Positions 38,150-47,741 of a stretch of 64,000 nt of DNA are shown here, in pieces. Under the pieces are notes generated by a model, which was not told the DNA's origin, did not search any database, and saw only the letters and a list, made by a program, of their open reading frames with translations. The position numbers and the translations under genes were made by a program. Source of the DNA: Candidatus Bathyarchaeum tardum (GTDB taxonomy: Archaea; Thermoproteota; Bathyarchaeia; Bathyarchaeales; Bathyarchaeaceae); contig CP122380.1 of the NCBI GenBank assembly GCA_024650005.2, forward strand, positions 585,814 to 649,813, in the 5' to 3' direction. Position 1 is the first letter of the stretch, and each line of letters starts with the position of its first letter.

Positions 38150-41100
38150 CTATAAATCAAAATAGTCATCTACAAGTTTTATTTCTTTTTTATTCAAACC
38201 ATATATGTCAAAGATGAAGGCGTCAATTTTTTTATCAATTGATTTTATTCTTTCTTTTATTCTATTTATTTCATTGCATTCTGCTTCAGTTTTTCTGCTT
38301 AATTCTTTATTCAAATTCATTATTTGATCAACGTTTTTTGTTATTGCATCTACCTTCAATTTTGAAGCAGTCATTATGGGCAATGTCAGAAAATCGTTTG
38401 GATAGAATTGAATGTATTTCCCCCTTACATGGATAGAAGCAAATAATACTTGATAATAAAAGTTAATCAATTTTGAATTTAGAATCGCCATTAAATACTT
38501 AAGATCAATGTCGGATCCTCTTGGCAGTATTATTTTGATTGAATTATTGGTATAATATTGTTCATCATCATATGCAACTTCTGGACGTAGACCAAATAGA
38601 GCAGTTACAAGTTTTTCTTTGGCCTTGAATATTCGAGGATCTCTTAGAGAACCATATTCTCCTTTATCTTTATCGAAAATACTTGGATCATAATTGACCC
38701 ATAGTTTGTCCCATTTTATTGAGTACCTATCAATGCATTTTGCTGTGATTAATTTTTTACAATTCTTATTTTCCTTTTTGTTTAAAATCATTTTATCTCT
38801 AATGTTTCCCGTATGAATTCCGTCTTTCATTTCACATAAACTAGTTAAAGGGATGGATTTTTGTTTAATCCGTTTTAGAAGATGCATAACTCCTGGAATT
38901 AAATCAATTGAAAAAATATTCTTAGGTGAATCAGCGAAGGCAGATTGATTTATTTCATACACGTCACTAGTGTCTCTAATTTTTCCCTCTTTGATTTCTT
39001 TTTTAATTTTAATGATGTTGTTTTCTCTAACTTTTTTATTTGGTTCTTTTTGAAAGATGAAAATGTAGGGGTATGTTGCAGCATCTTTAAACACGTTCAT
39101 ATGTGAAACGTCTAGAATGGTGTTTATGATGCAATTTTGAAGGATCACTTTTCTAATACCCAAACCATATTTTGAAGCTGTAAACTTGTTGGAAATAATA
39201 AACCCTAATGAATTATGGTATTTAGCAAGTGATAATGACCTTTCAATAAAGAGAACGCCTAGATCAAAACGTTTGAAAGCACCTTTAAATAAACTCTTAA
39301 AAACATTCCATTCTATTTCAGGAATGTCTCTGGATTCTAAATAAGGAGGGTTACCAATAATTATATCAAAGCCTCCTTCATCGATAATGTGGCCAAAATC
39401 AATTTTCCAATGAAATGGATTTGTACCTATATATTCTTTGAATTTTATTGGGATATCAGTTAATTTCTTTTTATCAAAATTTGAATCAATTTTTCTGTTG
39501 ATATGTTCCAAAAATATAGGATTAACACTGGAATATATTGAAATTTTTATTTTTTCTAAAATTCCTTTGAGGTTTACAGCTTCCAATCCATGTGTCATGC
39601 GATAGATCTTATAGAGGATCGAATATGCTTCGATATATGATTTCAATTGGAAAGTTGAAAGCAGATCACGAGCTTTCTGTAAATCTTTTCTTATATCGTT
39701 CTTACAAAATGTTATTAACCCTGCAAATAATGCATCAACTTCGTTTGTCAAAGGTCTCTGTAACGGGATTTGTTTTAATTCTTCATTAATCCAGCCTATG
39801 AGACTGTTTCCAATACGAATGTTATATTCAATATTTGGCAATGCATGCATTTCTGAACCTTCTTTGTATTCTGCCACCAACCAGAGCCAAAGTCTTAATT
39901 TTGTAATCTCACCAGCGCCATCAAGAATATCGACTCCATAAATGTTGTTTACTATTGTGTTAAGTTTAATACGATAGTAATCTGCTCCATTTCCCAATTT
40001 ATTTAATAATCTAACTTTAACTTGAAATAAAACCTCAGAAGCTTTTATTAAGAAAGCTCCAGACCCACATGCAGGATCTAAGATCTTCATTCGGTCAAGG
40101 GCATCAAGAGCTTTTTTTATGTCGTTACTGTTTGCATTTTCTACTAATTCATTTACATCATTATACTTTGAATTAAATAGATCTAATATAAAGGGGTAAA
40201 TTGTATTTTCTACAATATATTCAGTTATTTCCTCTGGAGTATAATAAACTCCCTTCTTTTTTCGTTCACTAGCTTCATTAATTGCTTTTTCTGCCTCTTT
40301 TTTAAAGCCACTTCTTTCCCATTCAACAACGCTTCTTTCATATACATGACCGAGTATTTCTGGAGTAAGAACATTTTCTTTATCTTCGATGGCTGTTTCA
40401 ATGTCTTCTTCAATTATCCAGTGATATTGGTTCAAGAAATCAAAAACGTCTCCCCAATCCTTTTCGCTTAATAAAAATCTCAGATTCCCCTCTAAATGAT
40501 CGGGCCTGAATAAACCTCCATTCAGATAAGGAATTTTGATCAAAAAATCATTTATCTGTAAAAATCTATTTTGAGCATCATTAAACAAGTAAAAGAGATT
40601 TTTAACATTTTCAAAGAAATTATCTGTATCTAATAAAATTCTAAATAAATTTTCTCCACTAATGCTTTTTCCGGTGTTTAGCGTAATTATACCTTTATGG
40701 CAAAGAAAATATGTGAAAAAAATTCTATCAAATAATTTTTGACTTATAAGATATTTTTCAACTGGTTTGAAATCATTCTTTATACTTCTTGCAACAATAT
40801 TTCTCTTTGATTTAAATTTTTCATAGAACCAGCCTGAAACATCCTTACGATGAAAAATATAATCGAATTTTGTATCAATTTTTTTTAATTTATCTAACTT
40901 TGAAATGTTATCCTTTGTTCGGTCTGAATATAGAAAATATCTCCCCTCTCCAAAATTTCTGAAAAAAATAATTTTTGTATCATGTACAATTGCACAATAA
41001 GCTAATCCTCTTTCAATGAGAAAATGATTTTTTACATCTTTTGTTTTTTCAATCTCTTTTACTTCGTAAATAACCAATAGTTTTCTTTCGTTAATCTTAA

Positions 41101-41215
41101 AGAAAATACCTTCATTAAATTCAGAATCTTGAAAATTCTCTATTTCTTCATAACCTTTCACCTTAAGAAAGTCACTAAGGGCTAATTTTCCTTGAAGTAT
41201 CTCCTGTGGTTCCAA
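38150..41215 (-). CDS. Large gamma-class N6-adenine DNA methyltransferase (Eco57I/MmeI/PglX-like architecture) with a C-terminal target-recognition region
   Basis: Motif I ILDPACGSGAFLIKA and motif IV IIIGNPPYLESRD. The N-terminus holds a possible PD-ExK remnant (EGIFF...LLVIYEVKE). 1021 aa. Confidence 0.85.
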   Translation of the reverse strand: MEPQEILQGKLALSDFLKVKGYEEIENFQDSEFNEGIFFKINERKLLVIYEVKEIEKTKDVKNHFLIERGLAYCAIVHDTKIIFFRNFGEGRYFLYSDRTKDNISKLDKLKKIDTKFDYIFHRKDVSGWFYEKFKSKRNIVARSIKNDFKPVEKYLISQKLFDRIFFTYFLCHKGIITLNTGKSISGENLFRILLDTDNFFENVKNLFYLFNDAQNRFLQINDFLIKIPYLNGGLFRPDHLEGNLRFLLSEKDWGDVFDFLNQYHWIIEEDIETAIEDKENVLTPEILGHVYERSVVEWERSGFKKEAEKAINEASERKKKGVYYTPEEITEYIVENTIYPFILDLFNSKYNDVNELVENANSNDIKKALDALDRMKILDPACGSGAFLIKASEVLFQVKVRLLNKLGNGADYYRIKLNTIVNNIYGVDILDGAGEITKLRLWLWLVAEYKEGSEMHALPNIEYNIRIGNSLIGWINEELKQIPLQRPLTNEVDALFAGLITFCKNDIRKDLQKARDLLSTFQLKSYIEAYSILYKIYRMTHGLEAVNLKGILEKIKISIYSSVNPIFLEHINRKIDSNFDKKKLTDIPIKFKEYIGTNPFHWKIDFGHIIDEGGFDIIIGNPPYLESRDIPEIEWNVFKSLFKGAFKRFDLGVLFIERSLSLAKYHNSLGFIISNKFTASKYGLGIRKVILQNCIINTILDVSHMNVFKDAATYPYIFIFQKEPNKKVRENNIIKIKKEIKEGKIRDTSDVYEINQSAFADSPKNIFSIDLIPGVMHLLKRIKQKSIPLTSLCEMKDGIHTGNIRDKMILNKKENKNCKKLITAKCIDRYSIKWDKLWVNYDPSIFDKDKGEYGSLRDPRIFKAKEKLVTALFGLRPEVAYDDEQYYTNNSIKIILPRGSDIDLKYLMAILNSKLINFYYQVLFASIHVRGKYIQFYPNDFLTLPIMTASKLKVDAITKNVDQIMNLNKELSRKTEAECNEINRIKERIKSIDKKIDAFIFDIYGLNKKEIKLVDDYFDL

Positions 41216-41218
41216 AAT

Positions 41219-44200
41219 CTATTCCTCCAAAAGTGCTATTGCAAACTTGCGAGTTGTTTCATTAATTAACTTCTCTTGAACATGCTTTTGGGTAAAGCTA
41301 TTCTTTATTTTATTATTCAATTCTTTAATTAGTTTATCTGAGATTTCATCTTTTTTGATTCTTTTTTCCAACTCTTTGATGACTCGAGCTGTTGTACTGC
41401 CACAAGATTCTTTTGTTCTGTTCAATGTAAAAATTAATTCGTCAATATTCGAGTATAACTGAGACAGGTTTTTTAATTCGATTATATCCAAAATATTATT
41501 GATTTTTCTATCTAATTGGCTATTATAAAAATTTAGACATAATTTTTTTCTTTTTTCAGTCTCTAGGTATTGATCGAATTCTTGGAGATAATTGTTCAGA
41601 TCTTTTTCAAAATTGATTGTTCGAGTAATTTTTTCCATTTTGGCCTTGTGTAAGTATTCCTCATTAAAAACATCATTAGAGTTGTAATAAACAATTAGAC
41701 CTTTTTTTCCTTTGATTGTCGTATAGTTGTTACCGAATGGCAAATTTTGGTTTTCAACATCTTCTCGAGTAATTCCAAATTTTTTGATCGTTTTTTGTAG
41801 GAAAGCTAAAGTAGGTTTTGCATATTGTATTTCAACTTCAAGATTTTCAAATTTTCCTTTCGTAAAATCTGAACGAATACTCTTCATTACCTCTTGGTAT
41901 ATTCGTGTATCTTTCAATCTTCTTTCTTTTAGAAGCGTTCTGATCTCATTTTCTCGATCAATCCAAACCCGATATTCTACGCCAACAAAATTGATTATGT
42001 CTTTAATTCGAAGGTCCATTCGATCTACTAATTCCAATTCTCTATCAATGTCTTCATCAGGTTTGAAATTGAATACATCAATTTTTTTTGGATTATCAAG
42101 TCGTGTTGCACGTCCAATTCTCTGAATGATTCTAACTGGATTATATGGGATATCAAAATTTATTACAACATCGGCACCACTAATGTTAAAGCCTTCTGAC
42201 AATGCATCTGTCGAGCACAGTAGACTAAGTTTTGATCGCTTGTCATTGAATTTCTCGATTATCCTATTTTTATTTTCCACTTCAGAGCTAACATACTTTG
42301 CAACATCGTTGCTGATTCTACTTTTTAGGAATTTTTCAATAGCTTTTAGTGTGTCTTTGTATTGTGTAAATAACAAAATTTTCTTTGATTGATTATTCTT
42401 GACTATCTTATAGAGTTCATCAAGTTTGTAATCATTCTCAAAACAAAGGTCGGATACCACAAACGGTTGTAGCTTTTCAATTTCATTATTGATACGTTCA
42501 GTGTCACTTTTTAAATCATCTAAAATTTTTAACTGTTCTTGACCTTTTCCCTTCTTTATTTTTTCGATTACTTTCTCTAATTTTTCTCGAAAATCAAAAG
42601 TGAAATTTATTTCGACATCATCTTCATATTCTATATCTAAACAACAAACATCTCTGTTTTCAATAGCGTCTTGTATGCATTGATTTCTCTTAGCTAACCT
42701 TTTTAATGTTAGATAGTAAGCTGTTATGCTACTCTCAAAACGTTTGTACAATAACCACTTGAAAAAACCACCTAATCTTCTACCTTTCTCAGGATCAATC
42801 ATCCTAAGGTGGGCAGCAGAAAGACTGCTTATGAAATCGACAATGTTATTTACGATTGGTCTGTAATTTGCATGTAAGGTATATTCTGTTTCAATCACTT
42901 CTGGATCGGGTATTGTTGTTAAATCAACACCAGAAAACTCTTTCAATTGTTGAATATAATCTTGATTAGTCTTAATCGTTTCTCGAGTAGATTTGATAAA
43001 AAGCTCCTTTTCGACTTCTTCTTGTCTTTTAGCTAACTCTTCTTTTTCATTGTTGGTTAATTCTTCAAACTCTTTTTTCATTGCTAAGTCGATTACTTTT
43101 TTCAAATCCCTTACCATTGCATCAAAAACCAAATTTTGTCCAGGCCTATGGAAAAGCTCAATTAAACTCAACAAATCATTTAAACTTGTATTAATTGGAG
43201 TTGCCGTCAAAAACATAATCTTTGAATCGCCATTTAGATCAATTAACCTCTTCAAATTCCTTGTTCTATAAGCATCATTATTTCTAAAATTGTGGGCTTC
43301 ATCAACAATAATTAAACCATACTTGTTTTCCTTTTCAAGTTTTATCTTACCACTAGTAGCATAGTTTGTCACTCTTTTATCAAAAAACTCCTTAGGGTCT
43401 TTTTGGAACTCCCCCATAGAAACTAAATCTACTTTACCCCAAAGCTTAAACTCTTTCAAGTATCGAGGCCACTGATCATCACCTTTAGCAAGATTTGCAG
43501 GTGCAATGATTAACACTCTATTTCCTTCACGCATAAAAATCTCTGCAACTTTAGTGGCAACATAAGATTTTCCAAGACCCACAGAAGAAGTCAAAAACAC
43601 GCTTCGATATTTGTTCTCTTTAAACAATCTCAAACATCTATTTGTGTCAACAACTTGAAATCCAAACAAACCTGACTTTTTCCAATCCTCAAAAAGATAA
43701 TCAGCGTTCAAAAACTTGATTAACGATTTAAAGAATTCCTTTGGTTCCATGTATTTGTATGCTTCATCAATTTCTGCTCCAAACTTTGATTCTTCAATTG
43801 CTTTTGTTAAGGCATCAGCAACTCTAAGTTTTTCAAACTCTTCAGTTCCATGTTCCCACAACTCATCAAACCATGATTCAAGATAACTCATGCTTCGTTG
43901 ATTTGTAGTCATCATATTCAGTTCTGTATTCCCCATTAACCCACTCGGAGTTAAGTTTGATGACCCAATCACACAAGCATAGTAACGGTCCATTGGGTTA
44001 TCGGTTTCAACATCTCTAAGAAATAAGTAACCTTTTGAATGTAGCCTTTGTAGTTTCCCATTTTCTCCAAGGTATACTCTTGCTTTCAGAACTTTTGATT
44101 CTTTGATTAAAGTATGGAAAAGTTTAACGGCAGCGGTAGTTGTTTCATTTTTTTCAATTTCATCAAATTTTTTTGTGAAGGCTCTAATGAGCTCTTTTTT

Positions 44201-44443
44201 TGTTTTTGGTGAAGTGTCTCCTCCCATTAGGATTTTAATTTCTTTTAGTTGTTTGAGTGAGTTTATTATTTGAGCTAGCCCTTCAATGTAAAAATATCCA
44301 ACTGCTGTTTTCAGTCCTTTTGAGCCTTCAGCCATATTGATAAGCACGTCTTTTAAAGTCACTTTTTTTCCTGAGTGGACTCGTCTGTTGTCAATTATTG
44401 AGCCTTTATCCATTAGCTCTTTAAAGCTGAAGTCTTCGGACAT
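41219..44443 (-). CDS. PLD-family (single HKD) nuclease domain fused to an SNF2-family helicase
   Basis: PLD: RLHSKGYLF and VIGSSNLTPSG. SNF2: SSVGLGKSYVA, LIIVDEAHNFRN, MFLTATPINTS and QRIGRATRL. The stop lies 3 nt before the MTase start. Confidence 0.85.
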   Translation of the reverse strand: MSEDFSFKELMDKGSIIDNRRVHSGKKVTLKDVLINMAEGSKGLKTAVGYFYIEGLAQIINSLKQLKEIKILMGGDTSPKTKKELIRAFTKKFDEIEKNETTTAAVKLFHTLIKESKVLKARVYLGENGKLQRLHSKGYLFLRDVETDNPMDRYYACVIGSSNLTPSGLMGNTELNMMTTNQRSMSYLESWFDELWEHGTEEFEKLRVADALTKAIEESKFGAEIDEAYKYMEPKEFFKSLIKFLNADYLFEDWKKSGLFGFQVVDTNRCLRLFKENKYRSVFLTSSVGLGKSYVATKVAEIFMREGNRVLIIAPANLAKGDDQWPRYLKEFKLWGKVDLVSMGEFQKDPKEFFDKRVTNYATSGKIKLEKENKYGLIIVDEAHNFRNNDAYRTRNLKRLIDLNGDSKIMFLTATPINTSLNDLLSLIELFHRPGQNLVFDAMVRDLKKVIDLAMKKEFEELTNNEKEELAKRQEEVEKELFIKSTRETIKTNQDYIQQLKEFSGVDLTTIPDPEVIETEYTLHANYRPIVNNIVDFISSLSAAHLRMIDPEKGRRLGGFFKWLLYKRFESSITAYYLTLKRLAKRNQCIQDAIENRDVCCLDIEYEDDVEINFTFDFREKLEKVIEKIKKGKGQEQLKILDDLKSDTERINNEIEKLQPFVVSDLCFENDYKLDELYKIVKNNQSKKILLFTQYKDTLKAIEKFLKSRISNDVAKYVSSEVENKNRIIEKFNDKRSKLSLLCSTDALSEGFNISGADVVINFDIPYNPVRIIQRIGRATRLDNPKKIDVFNFKPDEDIDRELELVDRMDLRIKDIINFVGVEYRVWIDRENEIRTLLKERRLKDTRIYQEVMKSIRSDFTKGKFENLEVEIQYAKPTLAFLQKTIKKFGITREDVENQNLPFGNNYTTIKGKKGLIVYYNSNDVFNEEYLHKAKMEKITRTINFEKDLNNYLQEFDQYLETEKRKKLCLNFYNSQLDRKINNILDIIELKNLSQLYSNIDELIFTLNRTKESCGSTTARVIKELEKRIKKDEISDKLIKELNNKIKNSFTQKHVQEKLINETTRKFAIALLEE

Positions 44444-44608
44444 AGCTCACATTTATGTTTGATCATAAAATAAATCATTCGATGATAAAATTATGCTAGA
44501 GTACATCTAAAGAATAATTTCTAAACAAAAAATTCTATTTTCTAAAATCCTAATAAAATTTAGAAAAGGACTGTTGAACTTTTTTGGTATTCAGGGTGTC
44601 CTCAAAAG

Positions 44609-45814
44609 TTATCCTCGTGTGTTTTGGTTTTTATTTTCTAGCGGCAGCCCCATTGTGATTAGTATTTTTCTGAATTCTGGAGTAGGTATCACGTCGGAAC
44701 GGTCTTTTGCGATTTGTGCGAGGACGGGTAGCAGGGTTTCTATGTCTGGTTTTTCGGGTATTCCCCAGTTCATTCGACTGTCTGCTTTTACAGGATCCAA
44801 CCCTGCTTGTGTTAGGACGGGTACAAAAATTTCTTTTTCTACAGTTCGTTTGATGAATCTTTGTAGGGCTAATACTTTTCTTTCTGCAATTTCAAGAGCT
44901 GCTCGTGCTGATGCTTCGGTGAATCCTGGTGTTGTGAATAGTTTAGGTAAGGGTGTTTGTCCGCCTAGGTAAACTTGGTTTAGTATGTGATCTATGTATG
45001 CTTCGTATCTTGCTCGGGGGTCAACTGATACTGTTTTGATGTCTGCTTCAGGCTTGTTATAAACGAATCTTGCGCCAGCTTTAGGTTTGTTTTTGATCAT
45101 TTTTTGGTATTCTGCAAGTTTTTTGTCGCTTGCTCCTGCGAAAACCCATAGTTCATCAGGCCCTGCGTACTTCTCGAAAACTTCAGGCATCATTTTTTCT
45201 ATTCGTGCTTTCATTTCTAGAAAGCTGATTCTTGTTTCTCCGCCTTCTAGTTTGAGTTCAGATAACAGGACTTGTAAAACTCCAGTTCCGAAGGCTGAGA
45301 AGTTTACTGGATTCCATCGGAAATGAATTATTTTTTCGGGTTTAAACTTCTTTTTCACTTCGCCATATGAGTAGTTGTATCCCGTAACTTCTCCAAAGAA
45401 ATCACGTTCAACCGCTTTGGATTCGTCAAAACCTGTTAGGGGTAGGACTTTTAGTATTTGCAGGTTTTCAGGGGTTGTTTTTAGCCAGAAACTGTTGCCT
45501 GCAGCCACTATTTCTCTTGCTCCGATTTGGAGTAAACTATCAAGGTTCACAGTTTCGCAGAATTTGTCGATTGCTTGTTTTGCTTCTGTTGCTTTTTCGT
45601 ATTGTTCGTTTACTGTGGTGTAAAATCCCATTCCTACTGCTTGGTCTGCTAGGAAATCTACAAAGGCTTTGCAGCTGGGGTCTCTTGTGTATGCGGTTAA
45701 TATGTTGTTGAATGTTACTGGTTTTGGTTCGCCGTATATTGTTCTGTGAGCTGGTAATAATGAGTTTGAGTTTCTGGATACGCCTTCACGTATGCGCTGA
45801 ATAAGTCCACTCAA
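44609..45814 (-). CDS. Portal protein (tentative)
   Basis: The size (401 aa), the position next to the head module, and a stem/clip-like segment GGQTPLPKLFTTPGFTEASARAALEIAERKVLALQRFI. Confidence 0.55.
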   Translation of the reverse strand: MSGLIQRIREGVSRNSNSLLPAHRTIYGEPKPVTFNNILTAYTRDPSCKAFVDFLADQAVGMGFYTTVNEQYEKATEAKQAIDKFCETVNLDSLLQIGAREIVAAGNSFWLKTTPENLQILKVLPLTGFDESKAVERDFFGEVTGYNYSYGEVKKKFKPEKIIHFRWNPVNFSAFGTGVLQVLLSELKLEGGETRISFLEMKARIEKMMPEVFEKYAGPDELWVFAGASDKKLAEYQKMIKNKPKAGARFVYNKPEADIKTVSVDPRARYEAYIDHILNQVYLGGQTPLPKLFTTPGFTEASARAALEIAERKVLALQRFIKRTVEKEIFVPVLTQAGLDPVKADSRMNWGIPEKPDIETLLPVLAQIAKDRSDVIPTPEFRKILITMGLPLENKNQNTRG

Positions 45815-46041
45815 AAGGTAGCCCTCATTGCTGTTTCATTTATGGGTTTGCTTTCTATTTGTGTGAGGTTTTCAACCCATTCTATGTCTTTTTTTGCTGA
45901 TTCAATTTTCTTTTCTGCGTTTTTGCGGGAACGGTTTACTGTTGGGGGATCTCTGTTGAGTGCTCGTGCAATTGCATAGTCTGAGTTGCCTTTTGCTCGT
46001 AATTTTAGAATTTTTCGTTCAAAGTCTGTCAATAAGCCCAT
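45811..46041 (-). CDS. Small LuxR/GerE-type (sigma-70 region-4-like) HTH protein
   Basis: Segment TDFERKILKLRAKGNSDYAIARALNRDPPTVNRSRKNAEKKI. It has a 4-nt overlap with the portal start. Confidence 0.55.
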   Translation of the reverse strand: MGLLTDFERKILKLRAKGNSDYAIARALNRDPPTVNRSRKNAEKKIESAKKDIEWVENLTQIESKPINETAMRATF

Positions 46042-46064
46042 TTTCTACAACAGGGTATGATATG

Positions 46065-46087
46065 AGCTTATTTTTCTTAAATAAGCT
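46065..46087. promoter_or_regulatory. Perfect 9-bp inverted repeat in a divergent promoter region (candidate operator)
   Basis: AGCTTATTT-ttctt-AAATAAGCT, between the HTH/portal operon (minus) and the protease/capsid operon (plus). Confidence 0.3.
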
Positions 46088-46153
46088 ATTATCACGTTTA
46101 GGATAATAACAGCTTTTTGTTTTAACGCTTATTTTTGTTTTGGATTTGATTTC

Positions 46154-47440
46154 ATGCCCCGTCATGAAGATTTTGAAAAAATTTATCAAAGTTTTATTGA
46201 GCAATATGGACCTGAAGAGGGTGAAACGAAATATTTTGCTTGGCTAAACGAACGCAGCTATGACGACTCAAAGCCTATGCCTAAAAAAGAAAGCTTCTCG
46301 TGGGTTGGTGATATTCAAGCAAATCCAGCTGAGAAGAACTTGATTCGGGGTAAAGCTCTTCATCCTGTAAAGACTTTGCATCCTGATGAGTGGCCGCAAG
46401 TTCGAGTTTATCTTGATGAAGAACTGGAAAAGTCTGCTGATACTCTAACAGGCGGAATTCTGCTTTTGGACCATGGTGTTGTTGTAGATGGAAAGGTTTT
46501 GCAATCTGCCTATGAGGATGGCGCCATTGAATATGTTGCGCAAGTGGACGATCCACGGATTCTTGACTACATTGAAACTGGAGACATCAAGCATTGCAGT
46601 GTTGAGTTTAATTGGAAGTCTCTTGAAAACGTCGAGGGTGGTGTCGCACCAAAGGGAATCGAATTTACCGGTCTTTCTCTGTTGAAAAATTTGGCTCCTG
46701 GAGATCCTATGACGACTGTTGAGGTTTGGGAAGGAATCATTCAAACTCTGAAAGAAGCTAAACTGAAAGAGAACAACAAACCAGAGACTCCAACTTTAGA
46801 GGGCAGGATTACTTTTCTTGAAACTTCTCTGTCTTTGAAGGAACAACAGTTAACGAAGGAACAAATTACTGCGAAAATTGACGAGCTCAATCAGTCTAAA
46901 CAGGTTTTAGATACTGAGTTGCAGCAGATTGCGGATAAAGAGCAGCCGAAACGTAATGAGATTTGGCAAAAGATTGACTTGCTTAATGCAGAGCTCAGGG
47001 CTTATGAAGAGGCTTTGAGAACCTTATTGGCTAGTGAAATTGTTTCTCCTTCGGGAGATTCGACTGAAGAAAAGCCTACTGGTGAAGGGTTGCCGAATAG
47101 TCAAGAGTCCCAGGAACCTAAAACGCCTAAAGAACGGTTCATGAATCATTTTAGCATTAGTGAAGAATCGTTCCAGAAATTCTTTGACCTTCTAGGAGAG
47201 GAAATGTTCAAGTTACTGCCTGAACCGGGAACCAAACGTCAAGAACAAACAGCAGAATCAAAGAAGGTCATAGGGGAAGCAATCATTTCTCCGAGTCCAG
47301 GACAAGAAGAGCCTTCTGACTTGATTAATAAGAAAGAAATTTTGTCTTTAATCCCCGGTATTCAAGTCACTAGATCATGGAGTTGGGGTCCTCAAAGGCT
47401 CGTGAATGAAATAATGCACAAGTTAGGGGAGGTGCAATAG
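46154..47440 (+). CDS. HK97-type (S78) prohead protease fused to a coiled-coil scaffold-like C-terminus
   Basis: His region LLLDHG, Ser region KHCSVEFNW, and FTGLSLLKNLAPGDP (compare EVSLV..PANP). A long heptad-rich region follows. Confidence 0.7.
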   Translation: MPRHEDFEKIYQSFIEQYGPEEGETKYFAWLNERSYDDSKPMPKKESFSWVGDIQANPAEKNLIRGKALHPVKTLHPDEWPQVRVYLDEELEKSADTLTGGILLLDHGVVVDGKVLQSAYEDGAIEYVAQVDDPRILDYIETGDIKHCSVEFNWKSLENVEGGVAPKGIEFTGLSLLKNLAPGDPMTTVEVWEGIIQTLKEAKLKENNKPETPTLEGRITFLETSLSLKEQQLTKEQITAKIDELNQSKQVLDTELQQIADKEQPKRNEIWQKIDLLNAELRAYEEALRTLLASEIVSPSGDSTEEKPTGEGLPNSQESQEPKTPKERFMNHFSISEESFQKFFDLLGEEMFKLLPEPGTKRQEQTAESKKVIGEAIISPSPGQEEPSDLINKKEILSLIPGIQVTRSWSWGPQRLVNEIMHKLGEVQ

Positions 47441-47443
47441 CCT

Positions 47444-47674
47444 ATGGAAAAATCTAAGATTCGAAGTATTTTGGTTCCTTTCTGTCCGCCTTTGTCTCCA
47501 GTTCAAGTTAACGAGATTGTTTCTGCGATTGATGCTGTAGTAAATGCGACTATTGCTGAAATAACTGCAAAGATTCAAGCTGAAGCCGAAGAACCAAAAG
47601 AAGAACCTGAACCGCCTGAGATTCCTAAAGCTGATTCTAAATCAGAAAAGAAGCCTACTCAGAAAAAATCATAG
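47444..47674 (+). CDS. Small acidic protein, unknown function
   Basis: 76-aa ORF 4 nt after the protease stop, with a Glu/Pro/Lys-rich tail. Confidence 0.4.
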   Translation: MEKSKIRSILVPFCPPLSPVQVNEIVSAIDAVVNATIAEITAKIQAEAEEPKEEPEPPEIPKADSKSEKKPTQKKS

Positions 47675-47741
47675 TCACTTTTGACCGGGAGTAAGGAGGA
47701 CGAACTCTCTGAAACCGAATGTAAAAAATGGAGAGATGTAG

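Noticed and set aside
38150-41215. Calling the 1021-aa methyltransferase a self-contained type IIG restriction-modification enzyme.
   Set aside because: The N-terminal E...EVK pattern is only weakly reminiscent of the MmeI-type PD-ExK motif. The tight coupling to a PLD-SNF2 gene suggests that the nuclease function is supplied in trans. This needs alignment or structure prediction.
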